A stretch of 64,000 nt of DNA, taken from assembly GCF_030684315.1 (NCBI RefSeq), contig NC_081391.1, positions 13,493,342 through 13,557,341 of the forward strand. The letters run 5' to 3'. The DNA comes from Stegostoma tigrinum (taxonomy: Eukaryota). The notes under the pieces are model-generated. The model saw only the letters and a list, made by a program, of their open reading frames with translations, did no database searches and had not been told where the DNA came from. This document shows, in pieces, positions 50,301 through 63,927 of the stretch (position 1 is the first letter of the stretch; each line of letters starts with the position of its first letter). The position numbers and the translations under genes were made by a program.

Positions 50301-51455
50301 TGAATGTCCTGATCTAAATGACAAATGGGCACTGGTGCAAACAGTTTAACTTTGTGTGAAATAAATCCCTGTCCCCACAATGACTTCATGCTTCAGATCA
50401 AGGATAAATGGAGCAAAGTGAAGTCACCTACAAGTCATCAATGTGGGTTTTAGGGGTGGCACAGTTGCTCAGTGGTTAGCACTGCTGCCTCAGTGCCAGG
50501 GACACAGGTTTAGCTCTGGCCTCTGGTGACTGGTGCTGACATGATCAGTTTCTTCCTACAGTCCAAATATGGGCAGGCTGGGTGAAGTAGCTGTGGGGGA
50601 AATGCAGGGCTATGGGATCAGGTAAATCTGAGATCTGCTTCAGAAGGTTGATTTGCAGACTCAATGGGCTGAATGGCCTGCTCCCATGCTGCAGGAAGTC
50701 TGATTCTGAGGCTTAACTGTTCTTCTTTCCCCCCTCCAGAAGCCAGAGAGGGATGAGTAGGGTAACAGCCTGCAGGCAATGCAAGTTCTCCTGGATCTGG
50801 AGAAGAACGTGAACCAGAGTTTGTTGGATCTACCCCAACTCGCCACAGCCCAGACTGACCCTCATGTAAGCTTCACCTCTTCATTCTCACCACTGCCATG
50901 CCTCCTCAACTTCGTTGGTTGATCTTTGTGGAGTGGAAAGTCACAGACGTAACTCTGTCCCGATGTTACATTGTCATCATAATTATGTTATTAAGGTACA
51001 ATGTTACAACTGCTCAACACTGAACTGAAATAGGAATTTGGATTACAGTCTAGTGGGAATGCTGATGTGATTTTTGGCTGCTGAATTGGGGATTGTTGCA
51101 CTATACAATACAACTTGGAGCTCTTTCAGAAGGTGAGATGGATCAGCTGAAATGTTGTCGTCACTGGCATCAATTCTCCACCTGGTAGCTAGATTTTCAG
51201 GGCTGTCTAGAGCTAGTTATGGCTAAGGGTTTTTCAGTGGGAATTATGAAGTTGTCTTGGACAGTGTTAATGCACTCAGTTGTCATCTTCCTCTGTTGCA
51301 GCTGAGACTTCCTGGAGACTCACTATTTGGATGAGGAGGTGGAGATCATCAAGCAACTGGGTGACTACATCACCAACCTGAAGCACCTGGGAGCCCCTGA
51401 GAATGGGATGGAAGAGTACCTGTTTGACAGGCTCTCCCTGGAGGACAGCAGTTAG
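47313..51455 (+). pseudogene. Ferritin pseudogene, copy 7: exons 47313-47414, 49245-49397, 50740-50865, 51302-51455
   Basis: 6-nt insertion with in-frame TGA (49374-49376) in exon 2; TGG>TAG (50758-50760) in exon 3; 2-nt deletion at the start of exon 4; E61V and H65P. Confidence 0.9.
50451..50610 (+). mobile_element. Decayed HE1-like SINE, intron 2 of copy 7
   Basis: ggtggcacagttgctcagtggttagcactgctgcctcagtgccagggac. Confidence 0.65.
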
Positions 51456-53359
51456 TGTGGCCTGGAGCACTGTCTACTTGGTCTGAATGCATGCCCCACT
51501 TCACCCTGGCCAACCTGTCTCCTTCCAAGGAGAAGGGACTTGTAGCAAAGAATGTAATGGCTGTAGCAGCCGAATGGGAATGAATAAAATGATGTGTTGA
51601 TCTTGCTTATTGTCCATCATTCAGAGAACTGGGTGGTGTCTCTCGAGAGCTTGAAGCCTGTAATCTTTCTGTAGTTTGATTGGCTGGTCCAATTACAATT
51701 GGACATGAGACTAATTCACTGGGTCTTTTGACAATTTCCCCACCTCACTGGTCAGGGATAATGAGATGGAGTGCCTCCTTTGTGTGAAACAAGATATTCC
51801 CCTCCCACCAGAATTTGAGGTTGTGGTTTGATGCTGTTGGCCGAGAAAACGTTTTTGACAATGACTAGCATACTGTTGGATGTGGTGTGCACAATTGCAG
51901 TTAACAGAACGTGGAATTCCTTTTGCAAAAGCAACTTCCCACACCTTTTATCAAAAGCTAGGACCAGGCCCCAACATTCTGAAAATTAGGGAAATTTTAA
52001 CTTGTACATGGATAAGGCATGGAAAAATTAACGTTAAATACCTTTCCTCATCAGCCTCCCTGAACAGTACCTTACACTCCAAGTGACAGAAATCACAATT
52101 TGACGACAAAACTAACTAATCTGCTGGCTGGATCAGCTCAGCCGAAGGAGGTGAGATATCGGGATGTGTTTCCTTGCCCGGGGCAGGAACCAGCTCATTG
52201 GGAGAGGATACCACTTCAGCTGGTCTGCTATTCATTGTGACTCGGGCCCTAACATGACGTGACGAGTATATTCTATTCTCAGTTCTCAGCATTGTTGTCT
52301 CCTTTGTTTCTGTTACTTTTTTCTTTACACCCCCCTCCCCCACAACCATGTGTGCAGCCCAACAGCGTTGGGTGCTGGTAAAGGGTCAAACCAGGACCAG
52401 CAGTCAAGGTGGTGGGGGGTGGGGTGCCACGTGCCACTCTCTAAAACCCATTCACCCTTCCCTTGTTACACGTCTCCACCAGTTGGCAATGCTCACCAGT
52501 TGATTCCTCCTTCAGTCTGAGTTACCACACGGTGACACTTCAGGGGATTTTATATCCACTTCAGCTCCAAAAGGAGTCAATGCCCATGGTTGCTGGGGGC
52601 AGTATGCGCAGAAGCAATCCCAATTTGTCCGAATGTGGCTCCCTTATTCCACTTTCTTTCCCTATCCTTGCACTTACTCTACCGCTTCATCCAAGGAAAA
52701 ATTTTCAAGCCTACCACCCCCGAGACCTGGGAAAGTGCAGCCCAAATTTTCACAGCAGCCTCTATCAGACAGTCAGCTCACATTCACCTGAGCTGTATGG
52801 GCGTATAATGCCTGCTCTTGATGCCACCCACAGTGGCAGTGTCTTGAGCATAGCATAGCACAGCAGCGCTCCTGGTTAAATGTTGCCATTTGATTGGCTC
52901 TTGCTGCTAAAGCCTGCATTGAGCGCACTAAGCTGCTCCTTTGGTTCCTCTGAGCCTCCCCCACGGTGAGCGTTACTCCTGATGCAGGTTAATTGGGTGA
53001 AATCACATTGAAGGAGCAGTGTGACTCAGAGAGGAGACTTGGAGATGCTGATTTTCCTGTCCCCCTGCTTCCCTTATCTTTCGAGGGGTCAGAGATCCTG
53101 GGTTAGGGAGGGGGCTATCAGAGACATCCTGAGGATTGTTCCAGGGAGTTTTGTAGCGAGTGCACACTGCAGCCTGCATGAGGGTGTGGGTCTTTAAGGC
53201 ACTGAGCGTGTTTGTTCCTCCACAGAGAGCAGTTTAATTGCAGCAAATTGAAGTCTTGGCTGGAGAATCCCAATAGTGCAGCAAGAGGATATTAGGCCCA
53301 TTAAATCTGCATCGACCCACTGAACCACATCCTGCTCAGACCCAACCCATTTGCTTAAC

Positions 53360-53538
53360 CCCACGGACAATCGAATTACCTTGGATGCGCATTGTCACTA
53401 TGGGGCTATTTAGTATTACCAACCCACCTACCCTGCAAATCATTGGGCTGTGTGAAGAAACTCAAGCACCTGGAGGAAATCCACGCAGGCCATCAGCCAG
53501 GGGTAGAATCGAACCTGGGTCCCTGGCACTGAGGCGCC
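53360..53538 (-). mobile_element. Decayed HE1-like SINE
   Basis: Paralogue of 18320-18490. Confidence 0.55.
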
Positions 53539-54821
53539 AAAACATTCTAAAGTACCAAAGGGAAGGAATGCACTGTGGCAAACTACGTCATGGGAATAGA
53601 CTCTGCAGCCCAGCCCGAACTTGCAGACCAGGTTTTCATAAACTGTGTAGTGCCATTTGCCTACATTTGGCCCATCTTTCTCTAAACCGTTCCTTTCCAT
53701 GTAAATCTCCAAATGTCACTTAAATGTTGTAATTCTATCCACCTCGACCACTTCCTCTGGCAGCTCGTTCCATGCACGTACCACCCTCTGTGTGAAAATG
53801 TTGTCCCTCACGCCCCTTTTAAATCCTTCCCCCTCTCCCATCAAACCGGTGCCCTCTAGTTTTGGACCCCCCTACCCTGTCCCAGCATGCTTTTTATATA
53901 CAGTCAATCTTGAGTGTGCCAATGGCAAGGCTACATTTAGTGCTCAGCAACTGTTCCACTTCAGGAGGTGGTGATGAGCTGCTTATTACAGTCCACCTGG
54001 TGTAGGAGAGACCGGAATGATGCTGCTGCTGCTGCTGAGGAGGGGCTTCTGGGATTTTCGTTCACAAACAGGGATAGTGTTCCAAGTCAGGATGGTGACA
54101 GATTTACATGGAGCTGCTTGAGTGTCGTCGGAGCTGCCTCAAGCGAGAACATTGTAAACTATTCCAGCACTACTCCCAACTTCAGCCTTATTGACGGTGG
54201 ACAGGTTTTGGAAACTCAGGAGTTGAGTACTTCCTGACAGAATTCCCAGCATCTGAATTCCCAGTTTCTGAGCTGTACCATCTACAGAACGCAATGTATA
54301 CAGGACCAGAAATTCCTCACTTGGAAACCTGCTGGGGTTAATCGCTAGTTCTACTTCAAACAATGAAAAACGAAACTGGGAGACAGAAATGTTCAACGTG
54401 CGATACATTTCTAGCAGCAACTGAGACATAGAGGCCTGAGGCCTACTGTGTAGAAGAGGCACTCAGCACATTTAGCGTTTTGCTTTTCAAACTGGGCCTT
54501 CAAGGTCAAGGTCAGGGAGATCACATCAGATGCAGATTGGATCCACAAAGTACATCAGTTGCCTGTTTTAGATGATCCAAAAGCACATTATTTCTGTTGC
54601 GGCACAGAAATAGGAAAATGTTCAGATCAACCAAATCGAGCCATTTTTCAAAGAGCTCCAACACCAATGTTAAAAAATTATGACGACTAATCCCTCAGAA
54701 TAACAATCCGACAGAATTCTGCAAATCTGTGATGAATGTGTCTTAACGCACAACCTCAGATACAGACGTGAAGTTTTAGAGCATACTTTATTCTCATTTT
54801 CAGGGAGATGTCCTCCCAGAA

Positions 54822-55027
54822 TTTGCACTTGTTCAGGAGGTCAAAGATCATTTCAGCAATTTCATCATCAACCACTCATCAATTCTGATTGGTTTTTTGA
54901 CCCGATTCCCATCCTGCACTGATTGGATGTGGCAGCTGATCAATTGATTAACAAGAGTGTTTGGCCATCACTGATGATCTCATTTCCTGCTTCATAAAAT
55001 GAGTGTTGGCTCCTGGAGTATAAATAG
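54822..55027 (+). promoter_or_regulatory. Promoter of ferritin copy 8
   Basis: Same block; DR1 variant aggtcaaagatca at 54838; TATAAATA at 55019. Confidence 0.72.
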
Positions 55028-55112
55028 AGTCCCAGGGCAGGGATGTTTATTGTTGTTCTTAACTTTGTCATTTTTGTGGTGTGGAAACTAAAGCAAGCTT
55101 TTCCTTTATATG

Positions 55113-58100
55113 ATGGCCTCCCAGATCAGTCAGAACTATCACCAGGATTGTGAAGATGCTGTCAACAAGCAGATTAATGTGGAGCTCACTGCCTCCTATC
55201 TCTATCAGTCTTTGGTGAGTGGTGTCTCTGTTGGGTGAAACATACTTCTGTTCTGTTGAAGTGAACTCTTCCCCTTGGATGTAATTAAGTTGTCTATCTT
55301 CTAGACTGAGTTTTGTGGCTCCTACCTCTTTCTCAATGCAGGATGAGTGTGATGTTACTGTAACAATAGTTTGGTGTCCAATGTTACTCTAACTTGGGTC
55401 CCAGTTGGTTGTCAGTGAGATGTGGAGGGTGGAGTGTTCTTGTAGTTACTTGCCTGTCCCATGATGGTGCTGTGAGTGGTGGTAATTATCGCTTCCTGTG
55501 GCTGTTTGAAACTTGAGGGAACTAATTTAAAAATGAATTGGGACTCACCATTGTGGGAATGGAAGCACCATCAGCTAGTCACTGCTCTTCTTTTCCTTCT
55601 TGTATCCTTGCTTGTATTTGAATTTTGTGGTGATCCCAACTTAACATCTCAAATAACCTTGAGAATCTTGATTTCCTATTGCAATCAGCTTAGAATAGGC
55701 TTGTTCTAGCCCTACAGAGCTGGGCTGAGAGGTGGCAAATGGAGTTTAATGCAGACAAGTGTGAGGTGATGCACTTTGGTAGGAGTAACCGGAAGGCAAA
55801 GCACGAGGCTAATGGTAAGATTCTTAGTAATGTAGATGAGCAGAGAGATCTCGGTGTCCACGTAAACAGGTCCTTGAAAGTTGCCATCCAGGTTGACAGG
55901 GCGGTTAAGAAGGCAGTGTTTTCTCTTTGATTAATAGAGGCATTGAGTTCTGGAACCAAGAGGTTATGGTGAAGCTGTACCAAACTCTGGTGTGGCTGCA
56001 CTTGTAGTATTGTATACAGTTCTGGTCACTGCATTATAAGGATGTGGAAGCTTTGGCAAGAGTGCAGAGGAGGTTTACTAGGATGTTGCCTGGTATCGAG
56101 GGAAGCTCTTATGAGGGAAGACTGAGGGACTTGAGGCTGTCTTCATTGGTGAGAAGGTTGAGAGTTGACTTAATTGAAACATATAATATTCTGAGGGTTG
56201 GAAAGGGAAATCCTCTTTCTGCGGACGGTGAGCATGAGGGGGCATAGCTGTAAATTGAGGGATGATAGATATAGGACAGATGTCTGAGGTAGTTTCTTTA
56301 CTCAGTAGTAAGGGAATGGAATGCTTTGCCTGTGACGGTAGTAGATTTGCCAACTTTAGGTACATTTAAGTCGTCATTGGACAAGCATATGGACGTACAG
56401 GGAATAGTCTAGGTTAGATGGGCTTGAGATCAGTATGACAAGTTGACACAACATCTAGGGCCTGTACTGTGCTGTTATGTTCTAGTTTCAGATTAAACTG
56501 GGTGAGGTTGTGACTGGTATCTGATCAAGCAGATCTCCATTTGAGATCTACTTTGCTTTTTTTCATACTCATGAGGTGGGTGTGGGCTGTCTGTATATGA
56601 AGTGTTGGAGCTTTTCCAAGGCACGGCACTGCCGTGGGGCTGAGAATGTGCGGAGGGTACTGACCCAGTGAATATGGAAAAAATAGCTTATTCCTGTTGT
56701 ATTTGGCCTGACTCTAACTAGCCCCTCTTTCCCCAGGTGGTTGGGTGCCTGTGCCCTTCCAAGGGGTAGAATGTGTTTAGAAGGTGTTAGAAGTAACCTT
56801 AGTGAGTGTTGCCGGGTGCTCTCTGGGCTTGTGCTTGTCAGCAGGAAGTCCTGTCATGATGAGGATCAAGTCCCTGTCAGCCCCACTTTGGGAGGTGGCA
56901 ACAGCTTTCATTGAGCCACCAGTTCAGTTTTAATCGCTGACCCATGTTCCTAACACAACTTGGAAGCATGTCCCAAGAGTAAAATCTCCACTATTCTACA
57001 TCTTCTAACTGCCCATTTAAATGGGCAATGATAAATTGTGCTTGTGTTTGCATTTGACAATTAAAGCAACTTTTTTCAGCAGGATTCCCAAGAATGTGTG
57101 TCTTAGTAGCTGCTTCCAATAGCAGACCTGGTAAACCTGAATACATTGAATTGTGAACATCCTGGTTTAGAAATCTACAGGACTTTGCCTGTTGGATTAA
57201 GTCAACAGTAGCATTTCCACGTTACTGTTTTAATAAGTGATGTTGTCTAGAGAGTAGGTGATCTGCAGGTCACTGTCATATTTGTCATGTGATCAGTTTG
57301 TTTTGTCAATCATTGTTTCATGTGTAATGGTACAAGTTGCTAGCAGTCTCAGTACAGCTGTTTTAGTTGCAGTAGTAAACTGTATCTAGAACAATCCAAA
57401 GACTGTCCCGAGGCAGGCTTTCCTTGGCAGATTCTTGGTGCCCATGTCCTTCATTCATCCCTTCCCCCTCATCCCAGCCACCCCACTACTGCAGCCCTTG
57501 TCAACCTAATACAGTGCATCCAATTGCATTGATCCTGACTAAGCAGAAAATGTGCTCCTTCCTAGCTGTTAGTTGCAGTGATGGGATCTGTTTTCTGGCC
57601 TTTGCCAAAGGAGCAATAGCGTGCCCTGCAGCTGTTCTATTGGTGCACATCCTGCATTCCAGCTTCTGGCATTTCTTGAAACCCTATTCAATCAGTAATT
57701 TATCCCATTTCTGGTGGAGGTTAATCAGTAAAAACATCAATTCACACTTGTTCTCACCCAATGCTGTGCCAGACCCACTGAGCAATTTGCCAGGAGTTTC
57801 AAACCAAAATAAAACACATGGTGTTTACAGCTTACCTGGAGGAAGCTGGGATTGTTTTGATTTTTCCAATTCAACAGGAACTGCTCAAAACTGGGTTCTG
57901 AATTGTTAATGCATCAGGTACTTAACAGCTTATTGTCAGTCTGATTTTGAGAATGCTCAAGTAGCCCTGGAGCTCTGAACTAAAATTGGCCCGTGACTTG
58001 TTAATGGGCTTTACCTTGATCTCCCTTCCAGATGTCCTACTTTGACCGGGATGATGTTGCCCTCCCCCATGTCTCCCGCTTCTTCAAACATCAGTCCCAG

Positions 58101-60293
58101 GAGAAGCGGGAACATGCAGAGAAGCTGCTGAAATTCCAGAATCAGCGTGGAGGCCGGGTTCTCCTCCAGGATGTGAAGGTTGGAGTTGGGTGGGGTGGGG
58201 GTTGGGATGGTAATGGCTGCTCTTGTGGTGTGGTTTCAAGTCAGTGACAAGGTTTTCATTTGAGTCAAAACTTTGTTCGGCCTGTTTGATCTCCTTTTTG
58301 AAGCCAGTGTAGAAAGAAGCCCTTTGGCCCACCATGTCTTTGCTGACCCCCCCAAACACTAAAGCACATTAATCCCATTTATCTTCCCTTGGTCCACAGG
58401 CCACTGTCCTGGCACTATGTACTTGTCCAGCTGGACCTTAAACTGATCTGGAGTAGCTGACTCCACCACCATCCAACCCTTTATGTGGTTCATCTCATAT
58501 TTCTAACCTCCCCCTCGGAGGAGGGTGAAGAGAACGTTTCCTCCAATCCCCTCTAACCTGCTTACTCCACAAACCTGGTTTCTCTCTGGTCTTGGTGTCT
58601 GCCATGGGGAAGACATTCCATCAACTGGCCACTCTCTATTCTTCAATAGTTACATCAGGTCACTCCCTCAGCCGTTCCTGCTCCACAGAAAATCCCAGCC
58701 TATCTAACCTCCAATCAATGGATCTTGGGCAACAGCCTGGGCAACCTCACCAGCTTCCCCCTGCAGTGCCATCCTGTCCTTGTGACTGGTGAGGCCAAAG
58801 AGGGAATAATGTGGTGACTAGAAGAACAAACTGTGACAAGACTGGCCCCCTTCCTGTTCCACCACACCCAACTAATAGAGGTTGCTTGCCCTCTGTCACT
58901 GTTACACCCTGTTGACCTTGTCTGAACTTTGAGGGATCTATGGTTGTGGGCCTTTCTTAACTGTTAGCAGCACAACACACTTTGCAAACACCTCGCTGTC
59001 CCTTGGATGAATTAAATAGCCGTGATGTTTCTGATCATCCTGCTCAGGCATGTATGAAGCCACCAGCACAAGTGGTACTTGAACCTTGGCCTTGTCAGCC
59101 AGAGACAGGGGCACTACCACTGTACCATGACAGCATTTAGGATTCACTCGTCAATATCCTCGCAATTCCATCAGATGGACCCTGATGCAAATCTTGTCAT
59201 TATCCCCCACAATGACCTGTTATTCAACTTCCTCCTTCAGATCAAGGACCAACAGGCAAGGTGAAAGCAATTCTGAAGGAACTGTTCTTCAGCTGTGCTC
59301 CAGGGCTCCCTCAGGGGCTAGCAGTGTTCTCAGTGCTAGGGACACAGGTTTTGATCTGGCCTCTGGTGAGGGACTGGTGTTTACATGTCCTCCCCATGTC
59401 TGCGTTGGTGTCCTCATAGTATAAGAGGATTGGCCATCTGAAATGCAGGGTTACAGGAATAGAGGGGGAGTGGGATGAGCTGGGATGCATTTCAGAGCAG
59501 TTCTGCACTGATCGATGTTGTAGAGATTCTGAAGCTTCACTTTCCTTCTTTCCATCCTCAGAAGCCAGAGAGGGATGAGTGGGGTAACAGCCTGCAGGCG
59601 ATGCAGGTTGCCCTGGATCTGGAGAAGAATGTGAACCAGAGTTTGCTGGATCTTCACCAACTTGCCACAGCCCAGACTGACCCTCATGTAAGCTTCACCA
59701 CTTCATTCTCTTCACTGCTGGTCACTCAGGGCAACACCTTCAATGGTTGGTCTTTTGTGGATTAGAAGTTGCCTGCTGTCTCAGACAAGTGCCATTTGGA
59801 TCTCTTCAGATCTGTACCAATGCTTATAATCTGATCAGCTCAGCAATCAAGTAAAATGGGAATTTGGATTATAATCTAGTAGGAGTGATGAAGTGATATT
59901 GGCCACTGAATGCTCATCCAGGATTATTGCAGTGGAATGATCACTATCCATCATAATCCAACACAGCATCACTTAACAAACTGCAAGAGCAGTTGAAATA
60001 CATGGTCCTCACTGGCATAGTCTCCAGGTGTTAGGTTTTCAGGGTAGTCTAGAGCTCATATGGCTGAGTGTTTTGCAGTAGGAAATCTGAGGTTGTCTTG
60101 GATAGCATTAATGTAGCAAGTTGTCATATTCTTGCAGCTGTGTGACTTCCTGGAGACTCACTATTTGGATGAGGAGGTGGAGATCATCAAGCAACTCGGG
60201 GACTACATCACCAACCTGAAGCGCCTGGGAGCCCCTGAGAATGGGATGGGAGAGTACCTGTTTGACAGGCTCTCCCTGGAGGACAGCAGTTAG
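55113..60293 (+). CDS. Ferritin subunit, copy 8, intact 176 aa: exons 55113-55214, 58032-58178, 59562-59687, 60138-60293
   Basis: Four in-frame ferritin exons; GT-AG introns; TATA at 55019; an extra in-frame ATG at 55110; AATAAA at 60423-60428. Confidence 0.93.
55712..56484 (+). mobile_element. CR1 LINE fragment, intron 1 of copy 8 (duplicate of 20656-21430)
   Basis: [15 protein letters not shown] and [11 protein letters not shown] fragments; same insertion flanks as in copy 4. Confidence 0.85.
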
Positions 60294-61996
60294 TGTGGCC
60301 TGGAGTACTGTCTGCTTGGTCTGAATGCATTCCCCACTTCACCCTGGGCAATCTGTCTCCTTCCAAGGAGAAGGGACTTTTGTAGCAAAGAATGTAATGG
60401 CTGTACCAGCTGAATGGGAATGAATAAAATGATATATTGATATTGGTTTTTGTCCATCATTTTGAGACCATTGATACCTTTCTTTGGTCAATCAAGCTTT
60501 CCTACTGAAGTTCACCCCCCCCCCCACACTGTGGACAGACTCTAGGCCTATGGGAGCCAGTTCAGGTTCAAATCGGGGCCTGTGACCTACCCTTGCAATA
60601 GCCATTGACAGTTGGCCCCACTGACCAGTTCGCATTTAAGTTTTGTCAGTTGTCTGCTGCTCCTCCCAGGGCACCTTGGGGGTTTTCTAAATAACTGTCT
60701 TGGTTTAACTGCATTGCTCTCTTTTCCCAGAAGCAATTCAAAGTTTGTCTTCCAAGTGGCTTCATCAGTTTTTTTGCTGTCTTTCCTTCACCCATGGGCT
60801 CAGCAACTTTCTCTTCCAACGGCTTCTCTTCTCGACCCCACCCTGCCTGCCCCCACCACCTAAATAACTGGAAGTCTGCCAGCCCTGAGCTGGGGAAATT
60901 CGGCCCAAACTTTCACAACAGTCACATTCCAGGGAATCGGCTCCAGATTCTCTAGGGCTACCTGATTGATAGTGGATGGTCTTGATCCCATAAAGACAAG
61001 GATTGGTGACCTGGGGCTTGGATGATAGCCCACGGTTTAAAAATACTCCCATTTGGTTTATGCTTGCAGCTACAACTGGCTTCTTACTGTTCAAGGGTTT
61101 GTATGAAAAGCTGCTGCCTTGGTTCTTGGAACCTTTCCATGGGCTGAAGGCTCTTTTTTCTTTTGACATGCTTCAATTTGAACAAGTGAGGGAGCAGGGA
61201 TTTCTGGGGAAGGTGGGGACTGTCTCCTTCAGACAAGATGCCTGGACATGCTGACATTCCTATACAGCTGTTTCCTTGATCATTCAAGGCGTCAGATCAT
61301 GGCTGAGGGAGGGGGATGAACAGAGACAGCCCAGAGTTTGTCTTGAGTTTTGTCGAAGTGCACACGGCAGCCTTAGGAAGAGTGTGGGTCATTGAGGTAC
61401 TGAATATATTTGTTCCATCACAATAATCCTTTTTATTTTGCCCAGTCTCAATCCTTGGTGATAGAATCCCTACTCTCCTGGAAGGGGCCGTTTGACCCAC
61501 GTAGTATCAACCTTCTGCCCAGCATCCTGCTCAGTCACACCACAGTCCTTTGACCCTGTGTTTCCCCTGGCCCCTCTCCCCTCAAACCTGTGCCCTCTAG
61601 TTTTGGACTTCCCTACCCTGTCGCAGCATGCTTTTTATATACAGTCATTCTTGAGTGTGCCAATGGCAAGGCTACATCTCGTGCTCAGCAGCTGGTTATT
61701 ACAGATGGTCTGGTGTAGCAGACTCTGGAATGATGCTGCTGAGGAGGGGCTTCTGGGATTTTAATTCACAGAAAACCCTGAGGCCTACTGTGTATACGAG
61801 TCACTCAGCACATTTAGCATCTTGCTTTTCAAACTGGGATTCATGAGACCCTAAGTCCCAGGGATCACAGCAGATTCAGAACAGATCTAAAGGACATCGG
61901 TTGCCTGTATTAGACGATCCAAAAGCATACTATTCTGTTGCTGCGCAGAAATAGGAAAATGTTCATATCAACCAAATCTGGGCATTTTAGAAAGAT

Positions 61997-63471
61997 GAGA
62001 TTAGCCAATGTTGTTTTCCCCTGTTCAGAGGATTGCAAATGTGGTTCCCCTGTTCAAGAAGGGGAGTAGAGACAACCCTGGTAATTGTAGACCAGTGAGC
62101 CTTACCTCAGTTGTTGGTAAAGTGTTGGAAAAGGTTATAAGGGATAGGATTTATAATCATCTAGAAAAGAATAAATTGATTTTGGGATAGTCAGCACGGT
62201 TTTATGAGGGGAAAGTCATGCTCATGCCTCACAAACCTTATTGAGTTATTTCAGAAGGTGACTAAACAGGTAGATGAGAGTAAACTGGTTGATGTGGTGT
62301 ATATGGATTTGAGCAAGGCATTCGATAAGCTTCTAAGGTTCCCCACAAGAGGCTATTGTACAAAATGTGGAGGAATGGGATTGTGGAAGATATAGCAGTT
62401 TGGATCAGAAATTGGCTTGCTGAAAGAAGACAGAGGGCGGTAGTCGATGGGAAATGTTCATCCTGGAGACCAGTTACTAGTGGTGTACTGCAAGGGTCGG
62501 TGTTGGGTCCACTGCTGTTTCTCATTTTTAATAGGTGACCTGGATGAGGGCGTAGAAGGATGGGTTAGTAAATTTGCAGACAACACGAAGGTCGGTGGAG
62601 TTGTGGATAGTGACGAAGGATGCTGTAGGTCGCAGAGAGACATAGATAAGCTGCGGAGCTGGGCTGAGAGGTGGCAAATGGAGTTTAATGCAGACGAGTG
62701 TGAGGTGATGCACTTTGGTAGGAGTAACCGGAAGGCAAAGTACAGGGCTAATGGTAAGATTCTTGGTAGTTTAGATGAGCAGAGAGATGTCGGTGTCCAT
62801 GTACACATATCCTTGAAAGTTGCCACCCAGGTTGACAGGGCGGTTAAGAAGGCATACAATGTTTTAGCTTTTATTAATAGAGGGATCGAGTTCCGGAACC
62901 AAGAGGTTATGGCGAAGCTGTACAAAACTCTGGTGCGGCCGCAATTGGAGTATTGTGTACAGTTCTGGTCACCCCATTATAAGAAGGATGTAGAAGCTTT
63001 GGAAAGGGTGCAGAGGAGATTTACTAGGATGTTGCCTGGTATGGTGGGAAGGTCTTACGAGGAAATGCTGAGGGACTTGAGGCTGTTTTCATTAGAGGGA
63101 AGAAGTTTGCGAGGTGACTTAATTGAAACATATAAAATAATCAGAGGGTTAGATAGCGTGGATAGGGAGAGCCTTTTTCCTAGGATGGTGACAGCGAGCA
63201 CGAGGGGGCATAGCTTCAAATGGACGGGTGAAAGATATAGGACAGATGTCAGAGATAGTTTCTTTACTTGGAGAGTAGTGAGGGAATGGAACGCTTTGCC
63301 TGCAACAGTAGTAGATTCACCAACTTTAGGTACATTTAAGTCGTCATTGGACAAGCATATGGACGTACATGGAATAGTGTAGGTTAGATGGGCTTCATAT
63401 CGGTATGACAGGTCGGCACAACATCGAGGGCCGAAGTGCCTGTACTGTGCTGTAATCTTCTATGTTCTATG
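61997..63471 (+). mobile_element. CR1 LINE RT region upstream of copy 9 (duplicate of 27765-29224)
   Basis: ORFs 62008-62190, 62356-62538 and 62447-63382 with frameshifts; ttctatgttctatg tail; same flanks. Confidence 0.92.
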
Positions 63472-63637
63472 GCTCCAACAGCAACGTTCAAAAGTTATGA
63501 CGAATAATCCTTCAGATTAACAATCCAACAGAATTCTGCAAATCTGTGATGACTGTGGCTTCACGCACAACCTCAGATAGAAAAGCGAAGGTTTAGAGTA
63601 TATTTTATTGTCATTTTCTGGCAAATACATTTACAGA

Positions 63638-63843
63638 ATGTGCACTTGTAGAGGAGGTCAAAGATCATTCAGCAATTCCATCATCGACCAGTTGTCAACC
63701 GTGATTCGTTTCTGGATCCAGTTCCCATCCTGCACTGATTGGACGTGGCAACTGATCAATTGATTAACAAGAGTGATTGGCCATCACTGATGATGTCATT
63801 TCCTGCTTCATAAAAAGAGGGTCAGCCCCTGGGGTATAAATAG
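63638..63843 (+). promoter_or_regulatory. Promoter of ferritin copy 9
   Basis: Same block; DR1 variant aggtcaaagatca at 63655; TATAAATA at 63835. Confidence 0.72.
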
Positions 63844-63927
63844 AGTCCCACGGGAATGATGTTGATTGTTCTTCCTAATTTTGTTATTTTGGTGGTGAGG
63901 AGAATAAAAGAAATTTATTGTCACAAG

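Noticed and set aside
50451-50520. tRNA genes suggested by A-box-like motifs
   Set aside because: These are degenerate tRNA-derived SINE heads with no cloverleaf or intact B box.
62447-63382. 311-aa RT ORF as an active or domesticated gene
   Set aside because: 5'-truncated and frameshifted, with the catalytic FADD changed to FADN; its paralogue has different stops.
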